From Thermoanaerobaculia bacterium (GTDB taxonomy: Bacteria; Acidobacteriota; Thermoanaerobaculia; Gp7-AA8), in assembly GCA_034664845.1 (NCBI GenBank), contig JAXDGW010000064.1, positions 21,632 through 85,631 on the forward strand: a stretch of 64,000 nt of DNA, in the 5' to 3' direction. The notes under the pieces are model-generated. The model searched no databases, was not told the origin of the DNA, and saw only the letters and a program-made list of their open reading frames with translations. This document shows positions 47,834 through 57,508 of the stretch, one piece after another. The number at the start of each line of letters is the position of its first letter. Within the stretch, counting starts at the first letter, position 1. The position numbers and the translations under genes were made by a program.

Positions 47834-49774
47834 ATGGAAGCGAAGCCCGAACAATTTGAGGAGCAGCCGCCGTGGACGGCCGACGATTCGTCGTCGCTGT
47901 ACATGATCGACCGCTGGGGTACGGGGTATTTCGATGTGAACCCGGCCGGCGATCTCACCGTTTCCCCGCTGCAGGAAGGCGGCATCGCGGTCCCCATCAT
48001 CGATGTCTTGCGCGAGGCGCAGGCGCTGAACCTGAACACCCCGCTGCTCATCCGTTTTCAGGATCTGCTCCGGCATCGCGTCGAGACTCTCAACAACGCG
48101 TTCAACGGGGCGATCACGGAGCACAACTACCGCGGCAGCTACCGCGGGGTTTTCCCGATCAAGGTCAACCAGCTGCGCGAGGTGGTCGAAGAGATTCTCG
48201 ACGCTGGACGCCCCTTCAACTACGGCCTCGAAGTCGGCTCCAAGCCCGAGATGTTCGCCGGACTGGCCATCCACAACGACCCCGAGGCGCTGCTCGTCTG
48301 CAACGGCTACAAAGACACGACCTTCATCCGCATGGCCCTGCTAGGCCGCAAGCTCGGGAAGAAAGTCATCCTCATCGCCGAGAAGCTTTCCGAAGTGCGG
48401 GCGATCACGACTATCGCCGCGGAGATGAACGTCGAGCCGTGGATCGGCATGCGTGTCCGGTTGCTTTCCAAGGGCAAAGGCAAGTGGGCCACCTCGGGCG
48501 GCGAGCATGCGAAGTTCGGTCTATCCACCGCGGAGATCCTCGAAGCGATCGACATCCTGCGCGAAGCGAAAATGGAGTCGGCCTTCAAGCTGCTCCACTT
48601 CCATATCGGCTCGCAGATCCCCGACATTCTGACGATCAAACGGGCCGTGCGAGAAGCGGCCATGTACTACGCCAAGCTCCACAAGCTCGGCCACCCTCTC
48701 GAGTATCTCGACGTTGGCGGCGGTCTGGCCATCGATTACGACGGCTCGCGCTCGGAGTTCCACTCGTCGATGAACTACACGCTCGAGGAGTACGCCAGCG
48801 ACATCGTCTACAACATCATGGATGTCTGCGACGACGAGAAAGTGCCGCATCCAAACATCGTTTCGGAGTCGGGGCGAGCCATCGTCGCACATCACTCCGT
48901 GCTCGTCGTGCAGGCGTTCGGCGCGATCGAGAAGACGCCGATCGAGCCCCGAACCGTGCAGGCCAGCGATCACAAATTAACGCGCGAGATTCTCGACATC
49001 GATCAGGGTCTGAACGACGAGAACATCAACGAAGCGTGGCACGACCTGCAGCAGATCAAGGAGCAGTCGCAGCAGATGTTCGAGCTCGGCCTGCTGCCGC
49101 TCGATGTCAAGGCGCGCATCGAGACGCTCTATTGGGAGATCGCCGAGAAGCTGCAGAGCATCATCCTGCACATGGATCCCGAAGAGGTGCCGGAAGATTT
49201 GCGCACGCTCAACATCGAGCTGGCCGATCAGCACATCTGCAACTTCTCCGTCTTCCAGTCGCTGCTCGATCACTGGGCCCTCGGGCAGCTCTTTCCGATC
49301 GTGCCGATTCACCGACTCAACGAAAAGCCACAACTGGAGTCGACGCTGGTCGACATCACCTGCGACTCGGATGGCAAGGTGTCGAAGTACATCGACCGCA
49401 ACGACGTGCGCGAAACGCTCCCTCTCCACGAGCTGCGCGACGGCGCTCCCTACTACCTCGGCATCTTCCTCACCGGCGCCTACCAGGACATCATGGGCGA
49501 CATCCACAACCTCTTCGGCCGCGTCAACGAAGTCCACGTCTTTCTCGATGCGGACGAGGAAAGCGGCTTCTACATCGAGGAAGAAATCCCCGGGAACACG
49601 ATCGGCGAAGTACTGGCCATGACGCAGTACGACTGGCGCGATCTGGAGAAGCGGATGAAGGCGCAGATCGATGCCGCCATCAAGCAGGACATCGTCCGCC
49701 CCAACGAAGGAATGCGCCTGCTCCAGGAGTTCGAGAGAGGGCTCAAGGACCAGACGTATCTCACGATCGAGTGA
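47834..49774 (+). CDS. speA: Biosynthetic arginine decarboxylase
   Basis: YMIDRWG.GYF, FPIKVNQ, GLEVGSKPE, CNGYKD, KFGL, HFHIGSQI, DVGGGL..DYDG, ESGRA..AHHS, CDSDG, GAYQ...G..HNLFG. Confidence 0.96.
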   Translation: MEAKPEQFEEQPPWTADDSSSLYMIDRWGTGYFDVNPAGDLTVSPLQEGGIAVPIIDVLREAQALNLNTPLLIRFQDLLRHRVETLNNAFNGAITEHNYRGSYRGVFPIKVNQLREVVEEILDAGRPFNYGLEVGSKPEMFAGLAIHNDPEALLVCNGYKDTTFIRMALLGRKLGKKVILIAEKLSEVRAITTIAAEMNVEPWIGMRVRLLSKGKGKWATSGGEHAKFGLSTAEILEAIDILREAKMESAFKLLHFHIGSQIPDILTIKRAVREAAMYYAKLHKLGHPLEYLDVGGGLAIDYDGSRSEFHSSMNYTLEEYASDIVYNIMDVCDDEKVPHPNIVSESGRAIVAHHSVLVVQAFGAIEKTPIEPRTVQASDHKLTREILDIDQGLNDENINEAWHDLQQIKEQSQQMFELGLLPLDVKARIETLYWEIAEKLQSIILHMDPEEVPEDLRTLNIELADQHICNFSVFQSLLDHWALGQLFPIVPIHRLNEKPQLESTLVDITCDSDGKVSKYIDRNDVRETLPLHELRDGAPYYLGIFLTGAYQDIMGDIHNLFGRVNEVHVFLDADEESGFYIEEEIPGNTIGEVLAMTQYDWRDLEKRMKAQIDAAIKQDIVRPNEGMRLLQEFERGLKDQTYLTIE

Positions 49775-49947
49775 AGCATGCGTCACGTTCAGGCGCCAGC
49801 GAACGAGATGAGAATACGCCGCACAATCCACGCTGACTCTCACGGCAGGATGACGCGGCGATCGATGGAATAACCGTCCACGGAGCAGCCGGAATCGGTA
49901 GCGGAGACCGGGCGTTCACTTCGACGAACATCAATTCGATAGGAGAG

Positions 49948-50886
49948 ATGCAGATGCGTAAGACATTCGCGCTGTGCGCGCTGGCGCTCTTAGTCGTGGC
50001 TGGCAACGCCTTCGCCCTCGGCGAAGCGCGCGTTCAGGGGAAAATCACTGACGCGGCGACTCACACCCCGATCGCCAATGCCGTGATCGCCCTGGAAGCC
50101 ACGACCGGTCACAGCTTCCACGCCCAGTACAAATCGGACAAAGATGGGAACTACCGGTTCATCGTGCTCGACGGCACCCTTCTCTACAAGGTCACGTACT
50201 CGGCGCCCGGCTACGCGCCGGTCGAGCAACAGCAGGTCAAGTTCACTCTGGGCGATATCAATACCCGCGATGTGACGATGGCGCCCGCTGGCGCCGCCGT
50301 GTCCGGCAGCAAAGAGGCGCCCGCTAGCGCAAAAGCCGATCCGGCTGTTGCCGCCTACAACGAAGGGGCGGAGCTAGCCAACGCCGGAAAGCTCCCCGAG
50401 GCAATCGCAAAGATGGAAGAGGCTGTAACCGCCAAGCCGGATCTCACGGCAGGTTATGAGGCGCTCGCCAAGCTCTACGTGCGAACCAAGAATTACGACA
50501 AGGCCATCGATCGCGCGAACAAGGCGCTCGAAGTCGACAACGACAACCAGGATCTGTTCGCCGTGCTGGCCCAGTCGTATACGGCAAAAGGCGACAAGAC
50601 GAAAGCCGCTGAGTACCGCAAGAAGCTGCCCGCGGACGCCACGTCGATGTTCAACGATGCCGCCAAGCTGATCAACAGCGGCAAGGACTCCGAAGCCGAG
50701 CCCTTGCTCAAGAGCGCAATCGCGGCGAACGACAAGTTTGGGCAGGCCTACTACGAGCTCGGCATGATCTACGTTCGCACCGGCAAGAACGCGGACGCCA
50801 AGACCAACCTCCAGAAGTACCTGGAGCTGGAGCCGAACGGCAAAGACGCCGCCACGGCCAAAGAGATGCTGAATTACGTGAAGTGA
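49948..50886 (+). CDS. Exported carboxypeptidase-regulatory-like + TPR protein
   Basis: Signal peptide, VQGKITD...PIANA...SDKDGNY beta domain, several TPRs (AYYELGMIY). Confidence 0.8.
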   Translation: MQMRKTFALCALALLVVAGNAFALGEARVQGKITDAATHTPIANAVIALEATTGHSFHAQYKSDKDGNYRFIVLDGTLLYKVTYSAPGYAPVEQQQVKFTLGDINTRDVTMAPAGAAVSGSKEAPASAKADPAVAAYNEGAELANAGKLPEAIAKMEEAVTAKPDLTAGYEALAKLYVRTKNYDKAIDRANKALEVDNDNQDLFAVLAQSYTAKGDKTKAAEYRKKLPADATSMFNDAAKLINSGKDSEAEPLLKSAIAANDKFGQAYYELGMIYVRTGKNADAKTNLQKYLELEPNGKDAATAKEMLNYVK

Positions 50887-50959
50887 AACAACTTCAAGAC
50901 TCGATTGTTAGAGGATGACGGGGGGCGGAAACGCTCCCCGTCAGCTTTTGGAGACCATC

Positions 50960-51433
50960 ATGCGAAACGTTCTGATGATGACCGCGCTCCTCCTGACACT
51001 CGGTTGCGCAACGTCCGACGACTCAATATCGACAATGAGCAGTCCGGCATCGGCGAACGAGCCGGAAGTCACTCTCGTGCAGCTTTCCCACGTCGCCGCT
51101 GGAACCGAATACGACGCCGGGCCGGTATCGGTACACTTTCGTGTCGATGTGCGGAACCCAGCGGATGCACCGATTCACCTCGCCCGCGTTAGCGTGCAAT
51201 CGATCGGCGGCGGAGCCTACGACCTTCCCGCGTACTCGCAGGGATTCGATAAGACGATCACTTCCAAAGGAACTGAGTCCGTCGAGTTCTGGGCACCGGC
51301 GTATGTCTCCAATCCGGCGGTTTCCGGCGCGAACGGCCCGGTGACGCTCCGCGCGACGCTCGAGTTCGATGCCGCCGGAGCGAAGTTCCAGAAGATCGTG
51401 ATGCAGAACATCAGCTCAGCGACTGGCCACTGA
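50960..51433 (+). CDS. Hypothetical lipoprotein
   Basis: Lipobox LTLGC; Ig-like beta composition. Confidence 0.65.
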   Translation: MRNVLMMTALLLTLGCATSDDSISTMSSPASANEPEVTLVQLSHVAAGTEYDAGPVSVHFRVDVRNPADAPIHLARVSVQSIGGGAYDLPAYSQGFDKTITSKGTESVEFWAPAYVSNPAVSGANGPVTLRATLEFDAAGAKFQKIVMQNISSATGH

Positions 51434-51436
51434 AAG

Positions 51437-53302
51437 CTACGAGCTAACCGCGCGCGTCTCCACCAATCCTTCAAACACCTGCAACGCCAGATCCACGCGC
51501 CCGAGCGGCGCGGAGACCTGCACGCCGGCCACGCGATCGCGTACGCGCTCGAGCGTCTCGCGCGCGATGGCGATCCCCTCACGCAGTCCGTGCTCTTTGC
51601 TCTTCTCGCTGGCGATGCGCATCCGTTCCATCACCTCGTCGGTAACGGAGACGCCGGGCACTTCGTTGTTCATGAACTGGGCGTTGCGGTACGAGAGCAG
51701 CGGCCAGATCCCGGCCACCACGGGAAGATGCATATCGGTAATCCGAGACAGGAACTTCTCGAGCACGACGACATCGAACACCGGCTGGGTGATGGCGTAT
51801 TCGGCGCCCGCCTTCACTTTCCAGTCGAGGCGGCGAAGCTCGTAATCGAGATCGAGATGGCCGGGATTGACGCCGACGCCGATCGTGAACTTCGTCGGCT
51901 CGCCGAATGGATTCCCGCCGAGGTCGAGGCCGTGATTCATCAGGTTGGCCATGTTCGTTAGCCCGATCGAATCGATGTCGAACACGGCAGTCGCGTCCGG
52001 GTACGGGCCCATCTTCGGAGGATCGCCAGTGATGAGCAGCAGATTGCGCAGGCCGAGCGCTGCACAGCCAAGCATGTCGGAATGCATGCCGAGGAGGTTG
52101 CGGTCGCGGCAGCAATAGTGGAGAACCGTCTCGATGCCGACGCGCTGCTGCAGGAGCACGGCGACGGCGATGGCGCCCATCCGGTTCTGTGCGCGAGGAC
52201 CGTCAGGAACGTTGACGGCGTCGACGCCCGCCAGGCGGATCGCCTGCACAGAGTCGATCATCTTGTCGGGATTGGGTCCTTTCGGCGGCGTGATCTCGAT
52301 CGTCGTGACGAATTCGCCGGCGGCAATCTTCCTTCCCCAGTTGGAGCGCTGGGCCAACGGAACCGCGGTCTTCGACTCGTCGCGCTTTCCCTCGGCATCA
52401 TGCTCGATGACGACGAATGAGCGGCGCGGCGAAAGCGGCCGCACGGCATCGGCCATGATCTTGATGTGCTCCGGCGTGGTGCCGCAGCAGCCGCCGAGAA
52501 ACTTCACGCCTTTGTGAATGAGGCGCTTCGCATACTTGGCCATGTAGTCCGGCGAGGCCATGTACATCTGCCGGCCGTTCACTTCGCGCGGAAGGCCGGC
52601 GTTCGGTTGCGCGGAGATCTTCTTCGCCGTGACGGCGGTGATCTCTTCGATGGCATCGAGCATGACGTCTGGGCCGACGGAGCAATTGAGGCCGATGACG
52701 TCGGCGCCGGCGAGGTCGAGCCGCTGCGCGATGGTCCGCGGCAGATCGCCGTAGATCGTACGGCCGTCGTTGCCAATCGTCATCTGCGCCACGATCGGAA
52801 GCGAGCAGACGTCGCGGATGGCCTTGATGCCCTGCTCGATCTCAGCGATGTTCGACATCGTCTCGAGAACGAAGAGATCGACGCCTGCGTCGCGCAACGC
52901 GGCAGCCTGCTCGCGGAAGTACTCGCGAGCCTCGTCGAGCGCAGTCGGTCCATACGGCTCGATGCGGATGCCGAGAGGGCCGATCGCGCCGGCTACGAAA
53001 ACGGAGTCGCCCGCGGCTTCGCGTGCGATGGCCGCGCCGCGCTCGTTGATGGCGCGAAGCTCGTCCTCGATGCCGAAGCTGCGCAGCTTGATGCGGTTCG
53101 CGCCGTACGTGTTGGTCTCGATGATCTCAGCACCGGCGCGGACGTATTGCTTGTGGACCTCGAGCACGATCTCCGGATTACGGAGATTCAGCTCGTCGTA
53201 GCACTTGTTGATGAAGACACCTTTGGCATAGAGCATCGTGCCCATGGCGCCGTCGAAGAGATAAACGTGCTCGTCTGCGATTGCTTGAATGAAGTCGCGC
53301 AT
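51437..53302 (-). CDS. yitJ: Bifunctional homocysteine S-methyltransferase / methylenetetrahydrofolate reductase (YitJ-like)
   Basis: DGAMGTML, GAEIIETNTYG, GLNCSVGP, QPNAGLP, GGCCGTTPEHI; MTHFR part HYCCRDRNLLG, ITGDPP, GAEYAITQPVFD. Confidence 0.93.
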   Translation of the reverse strand: MRDFIQAIADEHVYLFDGAMGTMLYAKGVFINKCYDELNLRNPEIVLEVHKQYVRAGAEIIETNTYGANRIKLRSFGIEDELRAINERGAAIAREAAGDSVFVAGAIGPLGIRIEPYGPTALDEAREYFREQAAALRDAGVDLFVLETMSNIAEIEQGIKAIRDVCSLPIVAQMTIGNDGRTIYGDLPRTIAQRLDLAGADVIGLNCSVGPDVMLDAIEEITAVTAKKISAQPNAGLPREVNGRQMYMASPDYMAKYAKRLIHKGVKFLGGCCGTTPEHIKIMADAVRPLSPRRSFVVIEHDAEGKRDESKTAVPLAQRSNWGRKIAAGEFVTTIEITPPKGPNPDKMIDSVQAIRLAGVDAVNVPDGPRAQNRMGAIAVAVLLQQRVGIETVLHYCCRDRNLLGMHSDMLGCAALGLRNLLLITGDPPKMGPYPDATAVFDIDSIGLTNMANLMNHGLDLGGNPFGEPTKFTIGVGVNPGHLDLDYELRRLDWKVKAGAEYAITQPVFDVVVLEKFLSRITDMHLPVVAGIWPLLSYRNAQFMNNEVPGVSVTDEVMERMRIASEKSKEHGLREGIAIARETLERVRDRVAGVQVSAPLGRVDLALQVFEGLVETRAVSS

Positions 53303-53304
53303 GG

Positions 53305-53384
53305 CGGTCTCGTGGTCTCGAAGTCGCGCGGTTACGCGGCGGGCGGGACCGCGATACCGCGAGCCCCCGCAACCTCGTAACCGC
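53305..53384. repeat. GCGG/CCGC short-unit palindrome in the yitJ leader (similar to 59333-59412)
   Basis: GCGGTTACG(53328-36) / CGTAACCGC(53376-84), with GGTCTCG units. Confidence 0.55.
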
Positions 53385-53417
53385 AAAAAAAGCCCCACGC
53401 CGGAATCGACGTGGGGC
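53385..53417 (-). terminator. Intrinsic terminator (attenuator) in the yitJ leader
   Basis: Minus strand GCCCCACG-TCGATTCCGG-CGTGGGGC followed by a T-run. Confidence 0.85.
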
Positions 53418-53446
53418 CAAATCGAAAAAACGAATTCGAACTTGCC

Positions 53447-53500
53447 GGCTATTTAGCTTTTTTTACCCTGGTTGCAAGCGACCCCAAATCAATCCAGCGA
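53447..53500 (-). promoter_or_regulatory. SAM-II/SAM-V-class riboswitch aptamer
   Basis: Minus strand CTGG-AT-TGATTTG-GGGTCGC-TTGCAA-CCAG-GGTAAAAAA-AGCTAAA-TAGCC has the TGATTT / TTGC / GCTAAA core and a CTGG/CCAG P1 stem, and sits upstream of a methionine-synthesis gene. Confidence 0.75.
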
Positions 53501-53506
53501 GTGGCG

Positions 53507-53535
53507 AATGTAGGCGGCACGCCTTTGTTTGTCAA
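53507..53535 (-). promoter_or_regulatory. Sigma70 promoter of yitJ
   Basis: TTGACA-N17-TACATT. Confidence 0.85.
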
Positions 53536-53554
53536 CTTGGATTAAAACCTTTCG

Positions 53555-53620
53555 ACCACAGAGGCACAGAGGACACAGAGAAAAGCTTTTCAATCTCTGT
53601 GTCCTCGGCGTCTCTGTGGT
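53555..53620. repeat. ACCACAGAGG...CTCTGTGGT palindromic element (copy 2)
   Basis: ACCACAGAGGCACAGAGGACACAGAG / CTCTGTGTCCTCGGCGTCTCTGTGGT. Confidence 0.8.
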
Positions 53621-53628
53621 TCATTGGT

Positions 53629-55791
53629 TTAACGTCCGAAGATCCGGCGCAATCGCCCCCACGCTCCTTCGACCTCCCGCCGGCTGCGATCGACGTCGTT
53701 GGCCCATTTGCGGAACTCCTCGAGCGTGATCGCCGCCGGTTCGTCGAAGTTGTCGCGGTCGAAGAAGACGCGGCGGACGATCCCGCCGAAGAAACCGGCG
53801 GGACACTTGTGCGTCGGCGCGGTGCCGCTGAGAAACACCTCCTGAATCGGAGGCGGACAGCCATCCTGCCAGAGCATGCCGGTCTCCGAATCGATCTCCC
53901 GGAATGTCACGCCCGAGGGAGCTTTCGGCTCGGTGTGGAGATGCGGGATCGAGCTCATGTACGCGCCCCAGATCGGAATGGCGGCCTCGCCGGACGAGAG
54001 CCGCAACGGCGCGCCGTGATCGAAGCCCACCCAGACGCTGGTGACCATGTCGGGAACGTAGCCGACGAACCAGGCGTCGCGGTAATCGCTCGTCGTGCCT
54101 GTTTTGCCGGCGACGTAGTCGAGGCCGTAGCGCTTGAGACGCGAGGCCGTGCCGCGCTGCACGACGCCCCGCAACAGGGTGTGGAGAACGTACGTCGCGT
54201 CGGCATTCGCGACGCGCTTCTGCACGAGGTCATGCGCGTAGAGCGTGTTGCCATCACGACTGCGAACCTCGCGGAGGAGGAACGGCTCGACGCGGATGCC
54301 GAGGTTCGGAAACGGCGTGTACGCCGCCGTCAGCTCGCGCATCGACACCTCGGTCACGCCAAGCGGCAGCGCCGGGATTTTGGCGAACTTCTCTTCGAAT
54401 CCGAACGACTCCGCGGTGCTGACCACGCGCGAAACGCCGATTTCCTCGGTGAGCCGCACCGTCGGAACGTTGAGCGAATGTTCGAAGGCCTCGCGCAGCG
54501 TGACGCGTCCCCGGTACCGGCCATCGTAGTTGTGCGGCTGCCAGCTCTCTTTGTCGCTGACCGCCACCGTCACGGGCGAGTCGAGCAGGAGCGAGGCGGT
54601 CGTCGCTTTCTTCGAGACGATGGCGGCGAGATACGCAAACGTCTTGAACGCCGAGCCGGGCTGGCGATGCATGGCCGAGGTGCGATCGAACGGCGAGACT
54701 GCGTAGTCGCTCCCACCGACGAGCGCACGAACGCCGCCGTTGCGCGGATCGACCGACAGCAGCGCAACTTGCAGCGGCTCGGAGCGAGCCTGCGCGCGAA
54801 GCCAGGAATGCGACGCTTCGAGTTGTGCCGGAGCACGCATGGCGACGCGCTCGGCATTGCGTTGCGCGGCCGGATCCATCTCGCAGACGATCGTCAGACC
54901 GCCCTCGATGATCGGATTCACACCGATCTCTTTCACGATGTCGGCGCGGAGCGCGCGCAGGTAGAACGGATAGGGCGCCCGCGGAATCTGACCGCCCTGA
55001 AAGTCGACGCCGCGGCTCTTCGCGGCCGAGAACTGCGCGTCATTGATCCAGTCGTGATCGTGCATGACGGCGAGAATCGCGTCGCGGCGCGCGCGCACGA
55101 CGTCGGGACGCTTCTCGGGTGTGTCGCGGTTCGGCGCGCGGATCATGCCGGCCAGTACCGCGGCTTCATCGACGCGAAGCTCCGAAGGACGTTTGTTGAA
55201 GTAGAGCCGCGACGCTTCATCGATGCCAAGGATTGGATTGCCGCCGCTGTGGCCGAGGTAGATGTCGTTGAGATAGACCTCGAGGATCTCGTTCTTCGAC
55301 ATCCGCGCGTCGAGCAGCACGGCCAGGATGATCTCGGGGATCTTCCGCCGCCACGTTCGCTCCTGCGAGAGAAAGCGCGCCTTGATGATCTGCTGATCGA
55401 TCGTCGAGCCGCCCGCGGCGATGCCGTGCGCGCGGATGTTCGTGAAGAGAGCGCGGGCCATGCCGATGGGATCGATGCCGAGGTGGTGATGAAAGCGAAC
55501 ATCTTCGGCGGCCAGAAAGGCACGCGAGACGTAGTCGGGCAACGACGCGAGCGTGACGGGTGGGGTTGTGCGCCAGTCGATGCCGTAGAGCGTGGCGACA
55601 CGAACCGGAGCCTGATGCGCCGCGGAGACGATGATGGTCGGCGCGCGCCAGGAATGGTTCACGAGCTGCCGCGTCAGGCGGCGATTGAGGATGAAGAGGT
55701 AGACGCTGAACGCCGCGAATGCGACGAACGCGAGCACGGCGATCGCCGCGATCCATCGCGGAAGCTGTTGCATGCGTGACAATCGCGACAT
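53629..55791 (-). CDS. Class A penicillin-binding protein (transglycosylase + transpeptidase, PBP1B-like)
   Basis: EDVRF..H.G, GGSTI.QQ, RK..E, K.EILE.YLN; QPGSAFK (SxxK), SLN, KTG. Confidence 0.92.
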   Translation of the reverse strand: MSRLSRMQQLPRWIAAIAVLAFVAFAAFSVYLFILNRRLTRQLVNHSWRAPTIIVSAAHQAPVRVATLYGIDWRTTPPVTLASLPDYVSRAFLAAEDVRFHHHLGIDPIGMARALFTNIRAHGIAAGGSTIDQQIIKARFLSQERTWRRKIPEIILAVLLDARMSKNEILEVYLNDIYLGHSGGNPILGIDEASRLYFNKRPSELRVDEAAVLAGMIRAPNRDTPEKRPDVVRARRDAILAVMHDHDWINDAQFSAAKSRGVDFQGGQIPRAPYPFYLRALRADIVKEIGVNPIIEGGLTIVCEMDPAAQRNAERVAMRAPAQLEASHSWLRAQARSEPLQVALLSVDPRNGGVRALVGGSDYAVSPFDRTSAMHRQPGSAFKTFAYLAAIVSKKATTASLLLDSPVTVAVSDKESWQPHNYDGRYRGRVTLREAFEHSLNVPTVRLTEEIGVSRVVSTAESFGFEEKFAKIPALPLGVTEVSMRELTAAYTPFPNLGIRVEPFLLREVRSRDGNTLYAHDLVQKRVANADATYVLHTLLRGVVQRGTASRLKRYGLDYVAGKTGTTSDYRDAWFVGYVPDMVTSVWVGFDHGAPLRLSSGEAAIPIWGAYMSSIPHLHTEPKAPSGVTFREIDSETGMLWQDGCPPPIQEVFLSGTAPTHKCPAGFFGGIVRRVFFDRDNFDEPAAITLEEFRKWANDVDRSRREVEGAWGRLRRIFGR

Positions 55792-55893
55792 CTTCGTCTA
55801 CATTGAAATTTGTGCAACGCTGTTGCCACGCAGCAAGAATTTTCATTCAAACGTACGGCTCCCCACCGACCAGTTTTGAATAGGAGAGAATCC

Positions 55894-56346
55894 ATGGCTG
55901 CCAAGAAGTCTGCAAAGAAGTCCGCGAAGTCGTCCGCGAAGTCGTCGAAGAAGTCCGCGAAGCCCGCGAAGAAGGCCGCAGCAAAGAAGCCGGCCGCGAA
56001 GAAGGCCGCGGCGAAGAAGTCGTCCGGCAAAAAGTCTTCGGCGAAGAAAGCCTCCGCCAAGCGTCCCGCGGCGAAGAGCGCTGCGAAGAAGCCGGCCGCG
56101 AAGAAAGCTGCTCCGAAAAAAGTAGCGGCAAAGAAAGCGGCCCCGAAGAAAGCTGCCCCGAAAAAAGCAGCTCCGAAGAAGTCCGCGAAGAAGAAGCCGG
56201 CAAAGAAGAGCGGCGCGATCGCCAGCGCCAAGAGCGTGATCAGCAAGGTGGTCGAGACCGTGAAGGGAACGGCGACCGACATCGGTCACGCCGTCTCGAA
56301 CGTCATGCCCGGCGGCGACAACGGCGGCGGCCAGAGCAACCCGTAA
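55894..56346 (+). CDS. Histone H1-like Lys/Ala/Pro-rich protein
   Basis: AGGAGA SD; many KKAAPK/KKPAAK repeats. Confidence 0.8.
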   Translation: MAAKKSAKKSAKSSAKSSKKSAKPAKKAAAKKPAAKKAAAKKSSGKKSSAKKASAKRPAAKSAAKKPAAKKAAPKKVAAKKAAPKKAAPKKAAPKKSAKKKPAKKSGAIASAKSVISKVVETVKGTATDIGHAVSNVMPGGDNGGGQSNP

Positions 56347-56354
56347 CGCTCGTT

Positions 56355-56412
56355 CTGACAGCACTCGGGCGGGGACGCCCGAGTGCCCGCGGTCGAGACG
56401 ACCGCACTCCTT
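56355..56412. repeat. 58-bp double-hairpin REP-like element (copy 2)
   Basis: GCACTCGGGCG-GGGA-CGCCCGAGTGC plus GCGGTCG-AGA-CGACCGC; 57/58 identical to 24546-24603. Confidence 0.9.
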
Positions 56413-56452
56413 ATGACCGAAGCGCGAGGAGTGTGGGCGTCTCGATCGGGAT

Positions 56453-57508
56453 TCAGCCCGCGCTCTCGAACACCTTCCGAATCCGCTTCGAAAAGTATTT
56501 CGCTGACAGGCCGCCGCTCCACGTCTTGAGTTTCTTGGCTTTGCGGAACGACTCCAGCGCGTCGCGCTTGTAGCTGTCGTCGGCTTCGAAGGCGTATTGG
56601 GAGTATTGCGAGGCGCCGAGGAAGGCCCAGATCCAGGCGTTCTTGGGCATCTCCTGACTGAGACCCTTGAACTTCGTGGAGGCGTCGTCGAACTCGCCGC
56701 GGAAATAGCTCTCCAGTGCATCGCGCACGCGGCGGGACGGATCGGCGAGAACGGCGGCGCTCGCTTGCGCGGGGCGCGTCGCGATGGCGACCGGCGCCGG
56801 AATCGGCGCGCCTGGAGCGGGCGCGATGTCGGCGAGTTGAGCGGCGTTTCCGGCGGAGGCGATGGCGATGTTCAGATCGTCGTTGGTTCTCGGGTTGGCG
56901 CTTCGTGTCAGAGCCTCAGTCAGGAGTTGCGTGGCCTGCGTGTACTGCGGGGTGTTGTTTGCCTTCCGTTTCTGCGCGGCCGCGAGCCGCGCCTTGGCCT
57001 GATCGATCGCCGTCGCTGCCTTCTGCCGGAGCGCGGGATCGATCGACGGCGCGGTGGGTTGCACCGGCACTGGAACGGGCGGCGGCGCAACACGAGGCTG
57101 CGGTGCAACAGGCTGAGGCTGCGGTTGCGGCTCGGGCGTGCTCGCCGCCTCAAGTTTCGTTTTCGCGCGGCGCATCAATTCGCCGAGAGGTCCGAGATCC
57201 GCTTCGCCAGGCCCGCTCGTTTTCTCGAAATCGGAGACCGCCTGTTCGTACTTGCCCGAATTGAGATACGCCACTCCGCGGTAGTAGTAGGGGTGATAGG
57301 TGATGAAGATCGCGCCGTACGTCCGTTCGTGGTCGCTTTCCTTCGGATGGCCGTTGATGGCCGCCGTCATCTTCTGGATCACAACCCCCCACTGCCCTTT
57401 GTTGGCGGCGGCGATGCCCGCATCGTAATCGTCGTACCACGACGCCAGCGCTGCCGTGGCCAGCAGCAACCCCAGGATTCCGATCGTGAAGGTTCGCGTG
57501 AGTCTCAT
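56453..57508 (-). CDS. Exported TPR-repeat protein with Pro-rich linker
   Basis: Signal peptide; TPR YYYRGVAYLNSGKYEQAVSDF; PQPQPVAP linker; C-terminal TPR-like helices. Confidence 0.8.
   Translation of the reverse strand: MRLTRTFTIGILGLLLATAALASWYDDYDAGIAAANKGQWGVVIQKMTAAINGHPKESDHERTYGAIFITYHPYYYRGVAYLNSGKYEQAVSDFEKTSGPGEADLGPLGELMRRAKTKLEAASTPEPQPQPQPVAPQPRVAPPPVPVPVQPTAPSIDPALRQKAATAIDQAKARLAAAQKRKANNTPQYTQATQLLTEALTRSANPRTNDDLNIAIASAGNAAQLADIAPAPGAPIPAPVAIATRPAQASAAVLADPSRRVRDALESYFRGEFDDASTKFKGLSQEMPKNAWIWAFLGASQYSQYAFEADDSYKRDALESFRKAKKLKTWSGGLSAKYFSKRIRKVFESAG

Noticed and set aside
55801-55846. Imperfect palindrome (TGAAATT...AATTTCA) between the PBP and H1-like genes as an operator
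   Set aside because: Single weak instance with no recognisable regulator consensus.
55894-56230. Tandem DNA repeats in the H1-like gene as a repeat element
   Set aside because: Explained by the KKAAPK protein repeats.
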